DNA from: Bdellovibrionota bacterium
Lineage (GTDB): Bacteria > Bdellovibrionota_C > UBA2361
Direction: 5' to 3'
Assembly: GCA_044352465.1 (NCBI GenBank)
Contig: JBILDU010000086.1
Span: 1 to 12,602 of the forward strand
Length of the DNA stretch: 12,602 nucleotides
In this document: in pieces, positions 1 through 6,982 of the stretch
How the letters are laid out: each line of letters begins with the position of its first letter
Numbering within the stretch: position 1 is the first letter of the stretch
Made by a program: the position numbers and the translations under genes
Notes under the pieces: generated by a model
Databases searched by the model: none
Told to the model about the DNA's origin: nothing
The model's input: the letters and a program-made list of their open reading frames with translations, nothing else

Positions 1-766
1 AGCCACCGTGCTCGACGTAAAGGTGCTTGAGTATCCAACTCACGCTGCGTCCCTTCCAGTCGCGATGATTCCAAACTGTGCGGCAACCCGACACATTCAC
101 TTTGAGCTCGATGGCTCGGGGCCCGCAAAGCTCATCCCGCCAGCACTCTCCGAGTGGCCGACGATCTCGCTTTCGCTCGGGCAAGGGGCGCGGCGATTAG
201 ACCTAAACACGGTGACCCGCGAAGAGGTCGCGACCCTTAAGCCGGGCGAGACGGTGCTCGTAAGCGGGAAGCTTCTTACCGGGCGTGACGCCGCGCACAA
301 GCGGATCGCTGATATTTTGAATCGGGGCGAGAAGCTCCCGCCCGGGGTCGATTTCACCAATCGATTTATCTACTACGTAGGCCCCGTGGATCCGGTGGGA
401 AAAGAGGTGGTGGGGCCAGCGGGGCCAACAACCGCAACCCGGATGGATAAATACACAGAGCTCATGCTCTCAAAGACCGGGCTTTTAGGCATGATCGGCA
501 AAGCCGAACGGGGCCACGAAACGGTCGAGCTCATCAAGAAACATAAAGCGGTCTACCTCATGGCCATTGGTGGTGCTGCATACTTAGTTTCTAAAGCAAT
601 CACCGCTTCACGGATCGTGGCGTTCGAAGATCTCGGCATGGAGGCGATCTACGAGTTCGAGGTGAAGGATATGCCTGTCACCGTCGCGGTCGATAGCTCA
701 GGCGTCTCGGTCCACGAGGTGGGCCCCGCTGAGTGGCGAAAGAAGATATTGAAGGTGATACAGTAG
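1..766 (+). CDS. fumA: Fumarate hydratase class I (Fe-S), C-terminal part; truncated by the left window edge
   Basis: Frame is open to the left edge (..ATVLDVKV..). It has PTHAASLPVAMIPNCAATRH, LTGRDAAHKR, YYVGPV, GPAGPTTATRMD, MIGKAERG and LGMEAIYEFEVKDMPVTVAVDSSG, all characteristic of class I fumarase. Confidence 0.93.
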   Translation, partial: ATVLDVKVLEYPTHAASLPVAMIPNCAATRHIHFELDGSGPAKLIPPALSEWPTISLSLGQGARRLDLNTVTREEVATLKPGETVLVSGKLLTGRDAAHKRIADILNRGEKLPPGVDFTNRFIYYVGPVDPVGKEVVGPAGPTTATRMDKYTELMLSKTGLLGMIGKAERGHETVELIKKHKAVYLMAIGGAAYLVSKAITASRIVAFEDLGMEAIYEFEVKDMPVTVAVDSSGVSVHEVGPAEWRKKILKVIQ

Positions 767-899
767 GACTTTTAGCTACTCGATATCGATCGGCACTCGT
801 CCCCAATTCAACTATCGTTGAAAGTATATCTCGTTGCTCCAAAACAGGCCCGATTCGCGGGCCCTAGGTAATATCACGCATTTGAGATACAATGAGAGC

Positions 900-1430
900 G
901 TGGAGATATTACGAACCATCCTTCTCTATACTCGCAGCAAAGCGATGGACTGCGTGGTCATCGGTGGCCACGCGATCAACGCGCACGGCCTCGACAGACA
1001 TACCGGCGACTTGGACTTGCTCGCTCCGAACGACCAGCGCCAAGGTTGGCTAACCCTAATGACCGAGCTTCGCTATAAGGCAGGACAAAACACCGAATCG
1101 TTTGGTCGCTTTCGGCCGGAGTCGATCGCTGCATGGCCAATAGATCTCATGTTTGTGGACCGCCCCACATTTGAGAAGGTAAAGGAGAGCTCCTCTCTCT
1201 TTGAATTCGGGGCTCTTGAAGCACCCGTTGCCAGCATCCCCCATTTGATCGCACTTAAACTTCATGCTCTGAAACAGGGTCAGGAGCACCGCGAGGCGAA
1301 GGACCTCTCCGACATACTTTTTCTCGTTCGTCGCTCACATATGCCTACCGAAGAGTTGCGTCAGCTTTGCAGCTCGCATGGAACTGAGGCGATCTTCCAA
1401 AAACTACAGACGATACTCTCCCATGAATAA
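900..1430 (+). CDS. Pol-beta-superfamily nucleotidyltransferase, AbiEii/DUF1814/DUF6036-like (putative toxin)
   Basis: N-terminal VIGGHAINAHGLDRHTGDLDLL (GG..R.T.DxD) and C-terminal LIALKLHA..R..KDLSDIL motifs. GTG at 900 preferred over TTG at 834 because it gives a compact 176-aa domain; start uncertain. Confidence 0.8.
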   Translation: MEILRTILLYTRSKAMDCVVIGGHAINAHGLDRHTGDLDLLAPNDQRQGWLTLMTELRYKAGQNTESFGRFRPESIAAWPIDLMFVDRPTFEKVKESSSLFEFGALEAPVASIPHLIALKLHALKQGQEHREAKDLSDILFLVRRSHMPTEELRQLCSSHGTEAIFQKLQTILSHE

Positions 1431-1650
1431 AATCCCCGACAGTTGGATACTCAATCTTCCAGACTCCTGGGCTGAGATTAAGGAGACTCCCCCACTCTCA
1501 CTCCCAGAGATTATCGCTCTGTGCGAGAAGATGTTGCCGATCTGGAACGCTGAGCGGTTTTCAAAGCCACCGCCCCCTCCCTTAGCGGAGCCGTTTAGCC
1601 TTTTTCCATCACCGAGAGCAAAGGCCGAGGGTAGCGAGAGCGACACTTAA
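1423..1650 (+). CDS. Small Pro-rich hypothetical protein (75 aa), putative partner of the NTase
   Basis: ATG at 1423 overlaps the NTase stop (ATGAATAA), suggesting translational coupling. Sequence MNKIPDSWILNLPD..PPLSLPEIIALCEKMLPIWN..EPFSLF.. Confidence 0.65.
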   Translation: MNKIPDSWILNLPDSWAEIKETPPLSLPEIIALCEKMLPIWNAERFSKPPPPPLAEPFSLFPSPRAKAEGSESDT

Positions 1651-1822
1651 CGGCGGGGACGAGAGGTCTTTAATGACCAAGATCTCCGCGCGCAAAATGG
1701 CCTATTCTCTCTTTCCCCGCGCGGCCAGAATGACCGGCATCCGGTAGTGCTGGTACGCCCCAACCCCTGCCGCTCTATCGAAACATACCGACGCGGGCCG
1801 ACAACCCACTGAGATAAAACAT

Positions 1823-1867
1823 AAAAAAAGCGCCCCTTGCTTTAATTCACTTAAAGCAAGGGGCGCT
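1823..1867 (-). terminator. Rho-independent terminator of gltA, possibly bidirectional
   Basis: Perfect 17-bp inverted repeat AGCGCCCCTTGCTTTAA (1829-1845)/TTAAAGCAAGGGGCGCT (1851-1867) with a 5-nt loop. The A-run at 1823-1829 gives a U-tract on the minus strand; a T-rich stretch also follows on the plus strand. Confidence 0.9.
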
Positions 1868-1901
1868 CTATTTCGTTTTTCCTAGGCCGCTACGGACCCG
1901 C

Positions 1902-3188
1902 TTATTTCCGATCCTTTATCGGCACGTACTCGCTAACCGTGGGGCCGGTATAGATCTGACGAGGGCGCCCAATCTTCGCCGCTGGGTCTTTCCCGTACTC
2001 CCATGCGTGGGCAATCCAGCCGGGGAGGCGACCGAGTGCGAACATCACGGTAAACGCGTTCACTGGGATACCCATCGCGCGGTAAATGATGCCGCTATAG
2101 AAGTCGACGTTCGGATAGAGCTTCTTCTCGATGAAGTACGAATCCTTGAGCGCCGCTTCCTCAAGCTCCTTTGCGATATCAAGGAGTGGGTCAGGGTTTT
2201 TGACCTTCTTCATCACCTTGTCGCAGGCAGCCTTGATAATCTTCGCCCGGGGGTCGAAATTCTTGTAGACGCGGTGACCGAAGCCCATGAGGCGGAACTT
2301 GGACTCCTTGCTCTTGGCGAGCTCGACGTACTTCTTGACATTCCCACCGTCGGCTCGAATTTCTTCGAGCATCTCAAGCACCTCTTGGTTCGCGCCACCG
2401 TGGAGCGGCCCCCAGAGAGCACAGATGCCCGCAGTCACCGAGGCGAACAGATTCGCCGCACTGCTTCGCACGATCCGCACGGTCGAGGTTGAGCAGTTCT
2501 GCTCATGGTCGGCATGGAGAATCAACAGGAGGTTCAGCACCGCCGCGAAGTCGGGGTCAACTTCGTACTTCTCGGTCGGAAGAGCGAACATCATGTTGAG
2601 GAAGTTCTCGCAGTACTCCTTACTGTTGTCCGGATAGACGAAGGGCTGACCAACCGCCTTTTTATACGAGTAAGCGGCGATCGTGGGGAGCTTCGCCAAA
2701 AGACGCACACTGTTAAGCTCGAGCTTCTCTTCGGAGCTCCCAACCTCGTTCTGATAGAACGCCGAAAGCGAGCAGACGACCGCCGCAGCGATCGACATCG
2801 GATGAGCGTCTTTCGGAAATCCGTCGTAAAAGCGCTTGATGTCCTCATGGATCATCGTGTGCTTTTTGATGCGTTTGTTGAATTTGTCGAGCTCGTCGGT
2901 CGTCGGGAGCTTCCCGTAAATGAGCAGGTACGCGGTCTCAACAAAGTTGGAGCGCTCGGCAAGCACTTCGATCGGAATCCCGCGATAACGCAAAATTCCC
3001 TTCTCCCCGTCGATAAAAGTAATCGCGCTCTGACAGGCACCGGTGTTCATGTACCCTGGGTCAAGAGTCACGTATCCGGTCTTCGCGCGAAGGGTCCCGA
3101 TATCAATCGCCTTCTCGCCCTCACTCCCCTCAACGATCGGAAGCTCAACGGTTTTCTCAGGAAGCTTCAGCTCTGCAATCTGCCCCAT
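1902..3188 (-). CDS. gltA: Citrate synthase (type II-like, 428 aa)
   Basis: Motifs TLDPGYMNT, ITFIDGEKGILRYRG, LHADHEQNCSTSTVR, LWGPLHGGAN, LMGFGHRVYKNFDPRA, LYPNVDFYSG, IGRPRQIYTG. Confidence 0.98.
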   Translation of the reverse strand: MGQIAELKLPEKTVELPIVEGSEGEKAIDIGTLRAKTGYVTLDPGYMNTGACQSAITFIDGEKGILRYRGIPIEVLAERSNFVETAYLLIYGKLPTTDELDKFNKRIKKHTMIHEDIKRFYDGFPKDAHPMSIAAAVVCSLSAFYQNEVGSSEEKLELNSVRLLAKLPTIAAYSYKKAVGQPFVYPDNSKEYCENFLNMMFALPTEKYEVDPDFAAVLNLLLILHADHEQNCSTSTVRIVRSSAANLFASVTAGICALWGPLHGGANQEVLEMLEEIRADGGNVKKYVELAKSKESKFRLMGFGHRVYKNFDPRAKIIKAACDKVMKKVKNPDPLLDIAKELEEAALKDSYFIEKKLYPNVDFYSGIIYRAMGIPVNAFTVMFALGRLPGWIAHAWEYGKDPAAKIGRPRQIYTGPTVSEYVPIKDRK

Positions 3189-3392
3189 GTGTATCTCTCT
3201 TTCAGTTTGCTCTTAGGCCACTTTCGCGGCGGAAAAACTCCCTCTTTAGAATACCGTAGCGGTCTTTTCGATCCGCAAACTTTGGTGGAGGAAGAAGGGA
3301 CCCCCTTTTTCACGTTTGCGGCGGTGCCCTGACTGTGAAAGACCGGACGTAGGCCTCTTTTCCAGGTCACGCCAGTTACCACAATACAGCGA

Positions 3393-3410
3393 CTAGAATG
3401 ATCATTCTAG
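3393..3410. promoter_or_regulatory. Perfect 18-bp palindrome, candidate transcription-factor operator
   Basis: CTAGAATGATCATTCTAG is its own reverse complement and lies in the divergent gltA/groES-like intergenic region. Confidence 0.55.
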
Positions 3411-3431
3411 AATTTTCCGACGAAAGGACAA
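3404..3431 (-). promoter_or_regulatory. Candidate sigma70 promoter for gltA
   Basis: Minus strand TTGTCC (3431-3426), 16 nt, TAGAAT (3409-3404); implies a leader of roughly 200 nt. Confidence 0.4.
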
Positions 3432-3510
3432 GATTCCCCGAGGAGCGCCCCCAGGTCGCCGCTTATAAACCGACGTTTTGCGGGGGCTCTATATTAGGAC
3501 TGGGAGTTGC

Positions 3511-3519
3511 TGTTATAAT
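3511..3519 (+). promoter_or_regulatory. Extended -10 promoter for the groES-like gene
   Basis: TGTTATAAT is an exact TGnTATAAT match about 50 nt upstream of ATG 3569. Confidence 0.55.
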
Positions 3520-3568
3520 ATCCGGTCAGTGGGCCCTTAGGCCCTTAACTTCACTGTTTTTGGCTTCT

Positions 3569-3976
3569 ATGTCTGACAACACCAAGAAAAAAGACCTTCT
3601 CGTTATCGAGGATATCTCTCCCGCCTCACCCCGGAGAACCATGCGATCGGAATCCCGTAAGATGAGAAAATTAAATCCCCTCGGGATGCGAGTAGTTGTG
3701 CAGCTTCGTAAGGATTCGAATCAGACCGAGACCGGTCTCTATCTCCCTGAAGGTGCGAAACAGGCGATGAGTGAAAGTATCGTCGCTGAGGTTATCGAGG
3801 TAGCCAGCGCCATGGATGATCACACCGACGAGGAGACCAACATCAGCGGGGTTCCGCTTGGGGCAACGGTGCTTATTATGAAAGACGCAGGGGTGAGAGT
3901 CCCGTGGGACGAGTCGCTGCGTATCGTCGAGACAAAGGACATTCTTGCCGTGGTGAACGAAATCAGCCTTTCGTAG
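3569..3976 (+). CDS. groES: Divergent GroES/Cpn10-like co-chaperonin (orphan)
   Basis: KLNPLGMRVVV (cf. LxPLxDRV), mobile-loop-like QTETGLYLPEGAK and C-terminal LRIVETKDILAVV. ATG 3569 chosen because it follows the extended -10; later ATGs at 3641/3662 are possible and 3398 is unlikely. Confidence 0.8.
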   Translation: MSDNTKKKDLLVIEDISPASPRRTMRSESRKMRKLNPLGMRVVVQLRKDSNQTETGLYLPEGAKQAMSESIVAEVIEVASAMDDHTDEETNISGVPLGATVLIMKDAGVRVPWDESLRIVETKDILAVVNEISLS

Positions 3977-4742
3977 AGCCGCCGGGATCTCCCTTTCCAT
4001 CGAAGGGCATGGTAAAGCGCTCTGTTCCGTAACGCCCACCCCACTTCGCGATGTAACGTTCGTCGTTGGCAGTTATCTTTTTACGCAACTCTTTTAGAAA
4101 TGCGACCGAGTGAGGAAGAGTCTCAAGGGGGGCGTCAAGAAATCCTCGAATGGTGCCCGCCTCTTGATGGAGCATGAGGGCAGCGCGAGACACTAAGGAC
4201 TGACCCCCGATAAGTCCGAGACGATAAACCATATCTTCGTCTTCGAGATACGCCGGCTCAAAACGTTCATCGAACTCGCCTACCATTTCGAACAACCGAC
4301 GGTCGAGCATGTAACACGACCAATCAACCTCAGAGACAACGCGCGGCTCGATCCGAGCTCGTGCAAAAGTGGTTGGATCGCTCCAGCGCGAAGCACACCA
4401 GAGAAGCGCCGCCGGATTCTCTTCAGCACACACCACGAGATTGTCGAGACAATTGGGATGAAAGACTAGATCAAGATTCGCGACGACGACGTACCTGGCA
4501 CCTTCTTGAAACGCGCGGCGAATTCCTTTGTTCCAAGCGCGGGCGAGAACGTTGCGATCATTCATCTCCACGATGTCAAAATGGTGCTTAACGAAAGCAA
4601 CATCAGCTTCGCTGCGAGCCGCATTGATTATCGCGATCTTGCTGAGCTCATGCGAGGTCGCGATCGAGCGAACCATCTTCTCCGCAATGCTTACATGCCT
4701 ATCGGCTAGAAAAAACGGAACCGCTACCAGGGCAATTTTCAC
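3963..4742 (-). CDS. Glycosyltransferase family 2 protein
   Basis: LARAWNKGI, YVVVANLDLVF, VGEFDERFEPAYLEDEDMVYRL and terminal YIAKWG are typical of GT2. GTG start overlaps the TPR gene stop (GTGA) with a GGAGGAG SD. The 3' end overlaps the convergent groES-like gene by 14 nt. Confidence 0.85.
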   Translation of the reverse strand: MKIALVAVPFFLADRHVSIAEKMVRSIATSHELSKIAIINAARSEADVAFVKHHFDIVEMNDRNVLARAWNKGIRRAFQEGARYVVVANLDLVFHPNCLDNLVVCAEENPAALLWCASRWSDPTTFARARIEPRVVSEVDWSCYMLDRRLFEMVGEFDERFEPAYLEDEDMVYRLGLIGGQSLVSRAALMLHQEAGTIRGFLDAPLETLPHSVAFLKELRKKITANDERYIAKWGGRYGTERFTMPFDGKGDPGGSTKG

Positions 4743-5485
4743 GATGCAGCTCCTCCACGAATATTGCCGATCGCAATGGTGAGCGACCGCAACACCTCGA
4801 CCGCCTCGTCATCAACCGGAGCGAGCTCGATAAAGCCCACGGTCCGCTGAACCTCACTCCATGCCCGCTCGACGTGGCCAAGCGCAAGGAGCGCCGCCGC
4901 ATGGAAACTACGCATCGCCCCGTTATGCGGATTTTCAGCAAGGTACTCCCCTAACACACGCTCAAGTTCCACGAATCGCTCTGGAATCATGCCACAAACG
5001 ATCATCTGCTTCATCAACGGGAGATAATACGGGTTGAGACGCTGCGCTTTGAGATAGCTTTGCCACTCCCCTTCCTTATCACCTGCGGCGGCGAGATACC
5101 GACCGAGCGCGAGGTAAAGTTCGGCGCTCGGAGGAGGGGCTTCCAGATACGGGACAAGGAGGGTGCGGGCCGCCTCGAGGTGGCCAAGCGTGATCAACGC
5201 GAGGACAAGACCACTCGTGGCGCGAATCCGCACATACGGAGGTCCGTCGAGGGCACACCGAAGCGCGGCAAGTCCGGAGTCCACCTTCCCTTCGTTGATA
5301 TCCTGTAGTCCTTGAAAGAGGTGGGCGATCGCGCGTTTTTCAGTTGAAACATTTCTGTCGGCATCAAGCGCCGCACAGAGCCCCCGCAGAGTCTGCGTAT
5401 TACCCCGTTGAAGGTGATAATCGAGACGGTCGTATTCAAGATCAATAAAGCCTTCGGGGGGCTCGGTAGGAATCACGTAAGACAT
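4739..5485 (-). CDS. Tetratricopeptide-repeat (TPR) protein
   Basis: Repeated helical units such as AELYLALGRYLAAAGDKEGEWQSYLKAQRLNP and NPHNGAMRSFHAAALLALGHVERA. Confidence 0.75.
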   Translation of the reverse strand: MSYVIPTEPPEGFIDLEYDRLDYHLQRGNTQTLRGLCAALDADRNVSTEKRAIAHLFQGLQDINEGKVDSGLAALRCALDGPPYVRIRATSGLVLALITLGHLEAARTLLVPYLEAPPPSAELYLALGRYLAAAGDKEGEWQSYLKAQRLNPYYLPLMKQMIVCGMIPERFVELERVLGEYLAENPHNGAMRSFHAAALLALGHVERAWSEVQRTVGFIELAPVDDEAVEVLRSLTIAIGNIRGGAAS

Positions 5486-5550
5486 AAAGAAAGATTACGC
5501 AATCAGCGCCCCTCTCGCCAACAAAATCAACACTAACAATCCAGCGGACA

Positions 5551-6549
5551 CTACAAGATAGTCTTGCCCAGTGCTGACTCCAGAAGGGACATGGCTAGCT
5601 CGCAGGTCAGGCTTTGGTTGTCGAGAACCGGATTAAACTCCACCAGCTCCACCGACATAAGACTCGGATGCTCAGCTGCCATCTCCATGACGAGGTGCGC
5701 CTCGCGAAACGTGAAACCTCCCCGCACTGGGGTACCAACAGCCGGAGCGAGATGGGGGTCGCACACGTCTACATCGAAAGAGATGACGAAACCTTGGGTG
5801 TTGCGAGTAACCTGAGCGAAAGCCCTGCGAGCGATCTCGCCGATCCCCCACATATCGATGTCTTTCATCGTAAACGCCGTAAGCCCACTGGAGCGGATGT
5901 AATCCTTCTCCCCTTGGTCGAGATCGCGCACTCCCATGAGCACATGGTTTTCAACCTTTACTTTCGGAGCGAAACCGCACAGATCAACGAGGCTCGACTC
6001 CCCCCGCCCCATCAGGATGGCGCCAGGCATGCCGTGAATATTTCCACTGGGTGTGGTCTCGGCGGTGTTAATATCGCCGTGAGCATCGACCCATAAGACA
6101 CCGAGCTCGGCCGTGGGGCCGTATCGCTGCTTCAAGACTTCGGCTGCTACCGAGATCGTGGCGATCGACAGGGCGTGGTCCCCGCCCAAGACAACAGGGG
6201 TAGCCCCCCGGGAATAGATGCCTCGAAGAGCGGGAATCATAAGACGCGCGAACTCTTGCATCCCGGGGAGATTACGGAGCTTCGACTCACCTCCATCAGG
6301 CTCGAGGGGGAAATCGCTCGGGAGAGCGATATCAGAGCCGGTGTCGATGGAGACACCGAGCCGTTTAAGCCGCTCATAGACTCCGGCGGCCCGCAAAACA
6401 CTTGGAGCCCGCGCGGTGCCCCGGTTATCAGAACCCAGTCCAAACGCAGCGCCGATGAGTTCGTAGTAACGGTTGTTTTGGGTATCGGACATTGGACCGC
6501 TTATACTCGGAAGCGCAATTTTGGAATTCAGTTCGGTCTCCGCCGTCAT
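5551..6549 (-). CDS. rocF: Arginase (ureohydrolase family)
   Basis: Mn-binding motifs GGDHALSI, WVDAHGDINT, PSGNIHGMP (arginase-type), SFDVDVCDP, GTPVRGG and ELVEFNP. Start is ATG 6549 or ATG 6492. Confidence 0.93.
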   Translation of the reverse strand: MTAETELNSKIALPSISGPMSDTQNNRYYELIGAAFGLGSDNRGTARAPSVLRAAGVYERLKRLGVSIDTGSDIALPSDFPLEPDGGESKLRNLPGMQEFARLMIPALRGIYSRGATPVVLGGDHALSIATISVAAEVLKQRYGPTAELGVLWVDAHGDINTAETTPSGNIHGMPGAILMGRGESSLVDLCGFAPKVKVENHVLMGVRDLDQGEKDYIRSSGLTAFTMKDIDMWGIGEIARRAFAQVTRNTQGFVISFDVDVCDPHLAPAVGTPVRGGFTFREAHLVMEMAAEHPSLMSVELVEFNPVLDNQSLTCELAMSLLESALGKTIL

Positions 6550-6680
6550 TTGAATCTCAGCTCAAGCGCACTAGAGCTTTAGACGGGCTCAAAGAGAGTA
6601 TCCCGGGGCTCCAGGGGCAAAGACCCTGGCCGTCATGCGAACTCAGCTCCAGCGCACCAGCGCTTGAGCTGAGTTCACAT
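6542..6680. repeat. Three-copy repeat (two direct, one inverted) forming a 21-bp hairpin
   Basis: Copy A 6542-6574 GCCGTCATTTGAATCTCAGCTCAAGCGCACTAG and copy B 6629-6660 GCCGTCATGCGAACTCAGCTCCAGCGCACCAG match at 28/33 positions. Inverted copy C 6660-6680 GCGCTTGAGCTGAGTTCACAT pairs with 6635-6655 around a 4-nt loop. Confidence 0.85.
6589..6636 (-). CDS. Candidate leader peptide/uORF MTARVFAPGAPGYSL upstream of arginase
   Basis: ATG at 6636 with GGAG 10 nt upstream and TGA at 6591-6589. Translation is not demonstrated. Confidence 0.3.
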   Translation of the reverse strand: MTARVFAPGAPGYSL

Positions 6681-6690
6681 AGGGTAAATG

Positions 6691-6763
6691 TGGAGCTGAA
6701 GGGATTCGAACCCATGACCCCCGGCTTGCAAAGCCGATGCTCTACCAACTGAGCTACAGCCCC
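6691..6763 (-). tRNA. tRNA-Ala(TGC), CCA not encoded
   Basis: GGGGCTGTAGCTCAGTTGGTAGAGCATCGGCTTTGCAAGCCGGGGGTCATGGGTTCGAATCCCTTCAGCTCCA. Cloverleaf with anticodon TGC and G3:U70 identity pair; followed by CAT rather than CCA. Confidence 0.96.
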
Positions 6764-6784
6764 GGAGAGAGAGCCCCGGAGAGA
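6758..6784. repeat. 13-bp near-tandem direct repeat spanning the tRNA-Ala 5' end
   Basis: AGCCCCGGAGAGA at 6758-6770 and 6772-6784. Confidence 0.7.
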
Positions 6785-6883
6785 CACCGCAGAGCCGGAG
6801 GAGCAGTTTTTTAAGACCACCTCAGGCGCGATACCCCACTCTTAGGCTTTTATCGAGCACGATCGTTACCCGATCGGCGAAAC

Positions 6884-6960
6884 TGGTGGGCCAGGGTAGA
6901 CTTGAACTACCGACCTCACGCTTATCAGGCGTGTACTCTAACCAGCTGAGCTACTGGCCC
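6884..6960 (-). tRNA. tRNA-Ile(GAT), CCA encoded
   Basis: GGGCCAGTAGCTCAGCTGGTTAGAGTACACGCCTGATAAGCGTGAGGTCGGTAGTTCAAGTCTACCCTGGCCCACCA. Cloverleaf with anticodon GAT. Confidence 0.97.
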
Positions 6961-6982
6961 TCACCAACCTATGAGACAGTGA

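Noticed and set aside
1651..1822. Possible ncRNA in the intergenic region after the small ORF (short stem near 1733-1754)
   Set aside because: Only short G-U-rich stems and no recognisable RNA family features.
2007..3332. Long plus-strand ORFs (2007-2492, 2287-2637, 2505-3332)
   Set aside because: Antisense shadows of gltA with no recognisable motifs.
3189..3390. Riboswitch in the long gltA leader
   Set aside because: Only small hairpins (for example a GAAA-capped 5-bp stem) and no aptamer consensus I recognise; an Rfam search would be needed.
3532..3547. GGCCCTTA tandem repeat upstream of the groES-like gene
   Set aside because: An 8-bp doublet that is not CIRCE and is too short to distinguish from chance.
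3398..3568. 57-aa N-terminal extension of the GroES-like ORF
   Set aside because: It spans the palindrome and the extended -10 promoter and has no GroES similarity; likely non-coding.
6586..6600. CTCTTTGA (minus strand) as a vestigial rrn boxA after tRNA-Ala
   Set aside because: The match to boxA consensus is too short to support, and no 23S sequence follows.
6542..6680. Repeats as a mini-CRISPR array or as att sites beside a tRNA
   Set aside because: Only two imperfect direct copies, no cas or integrase gene, and the repeat does not match the tRNA 3' end.
6492..6820. ORFs 6492-6752 (+) and 6557-6820 (-)
   Set aside because: Both overlap the tRNA-Ala gene and the repeats; spurious.
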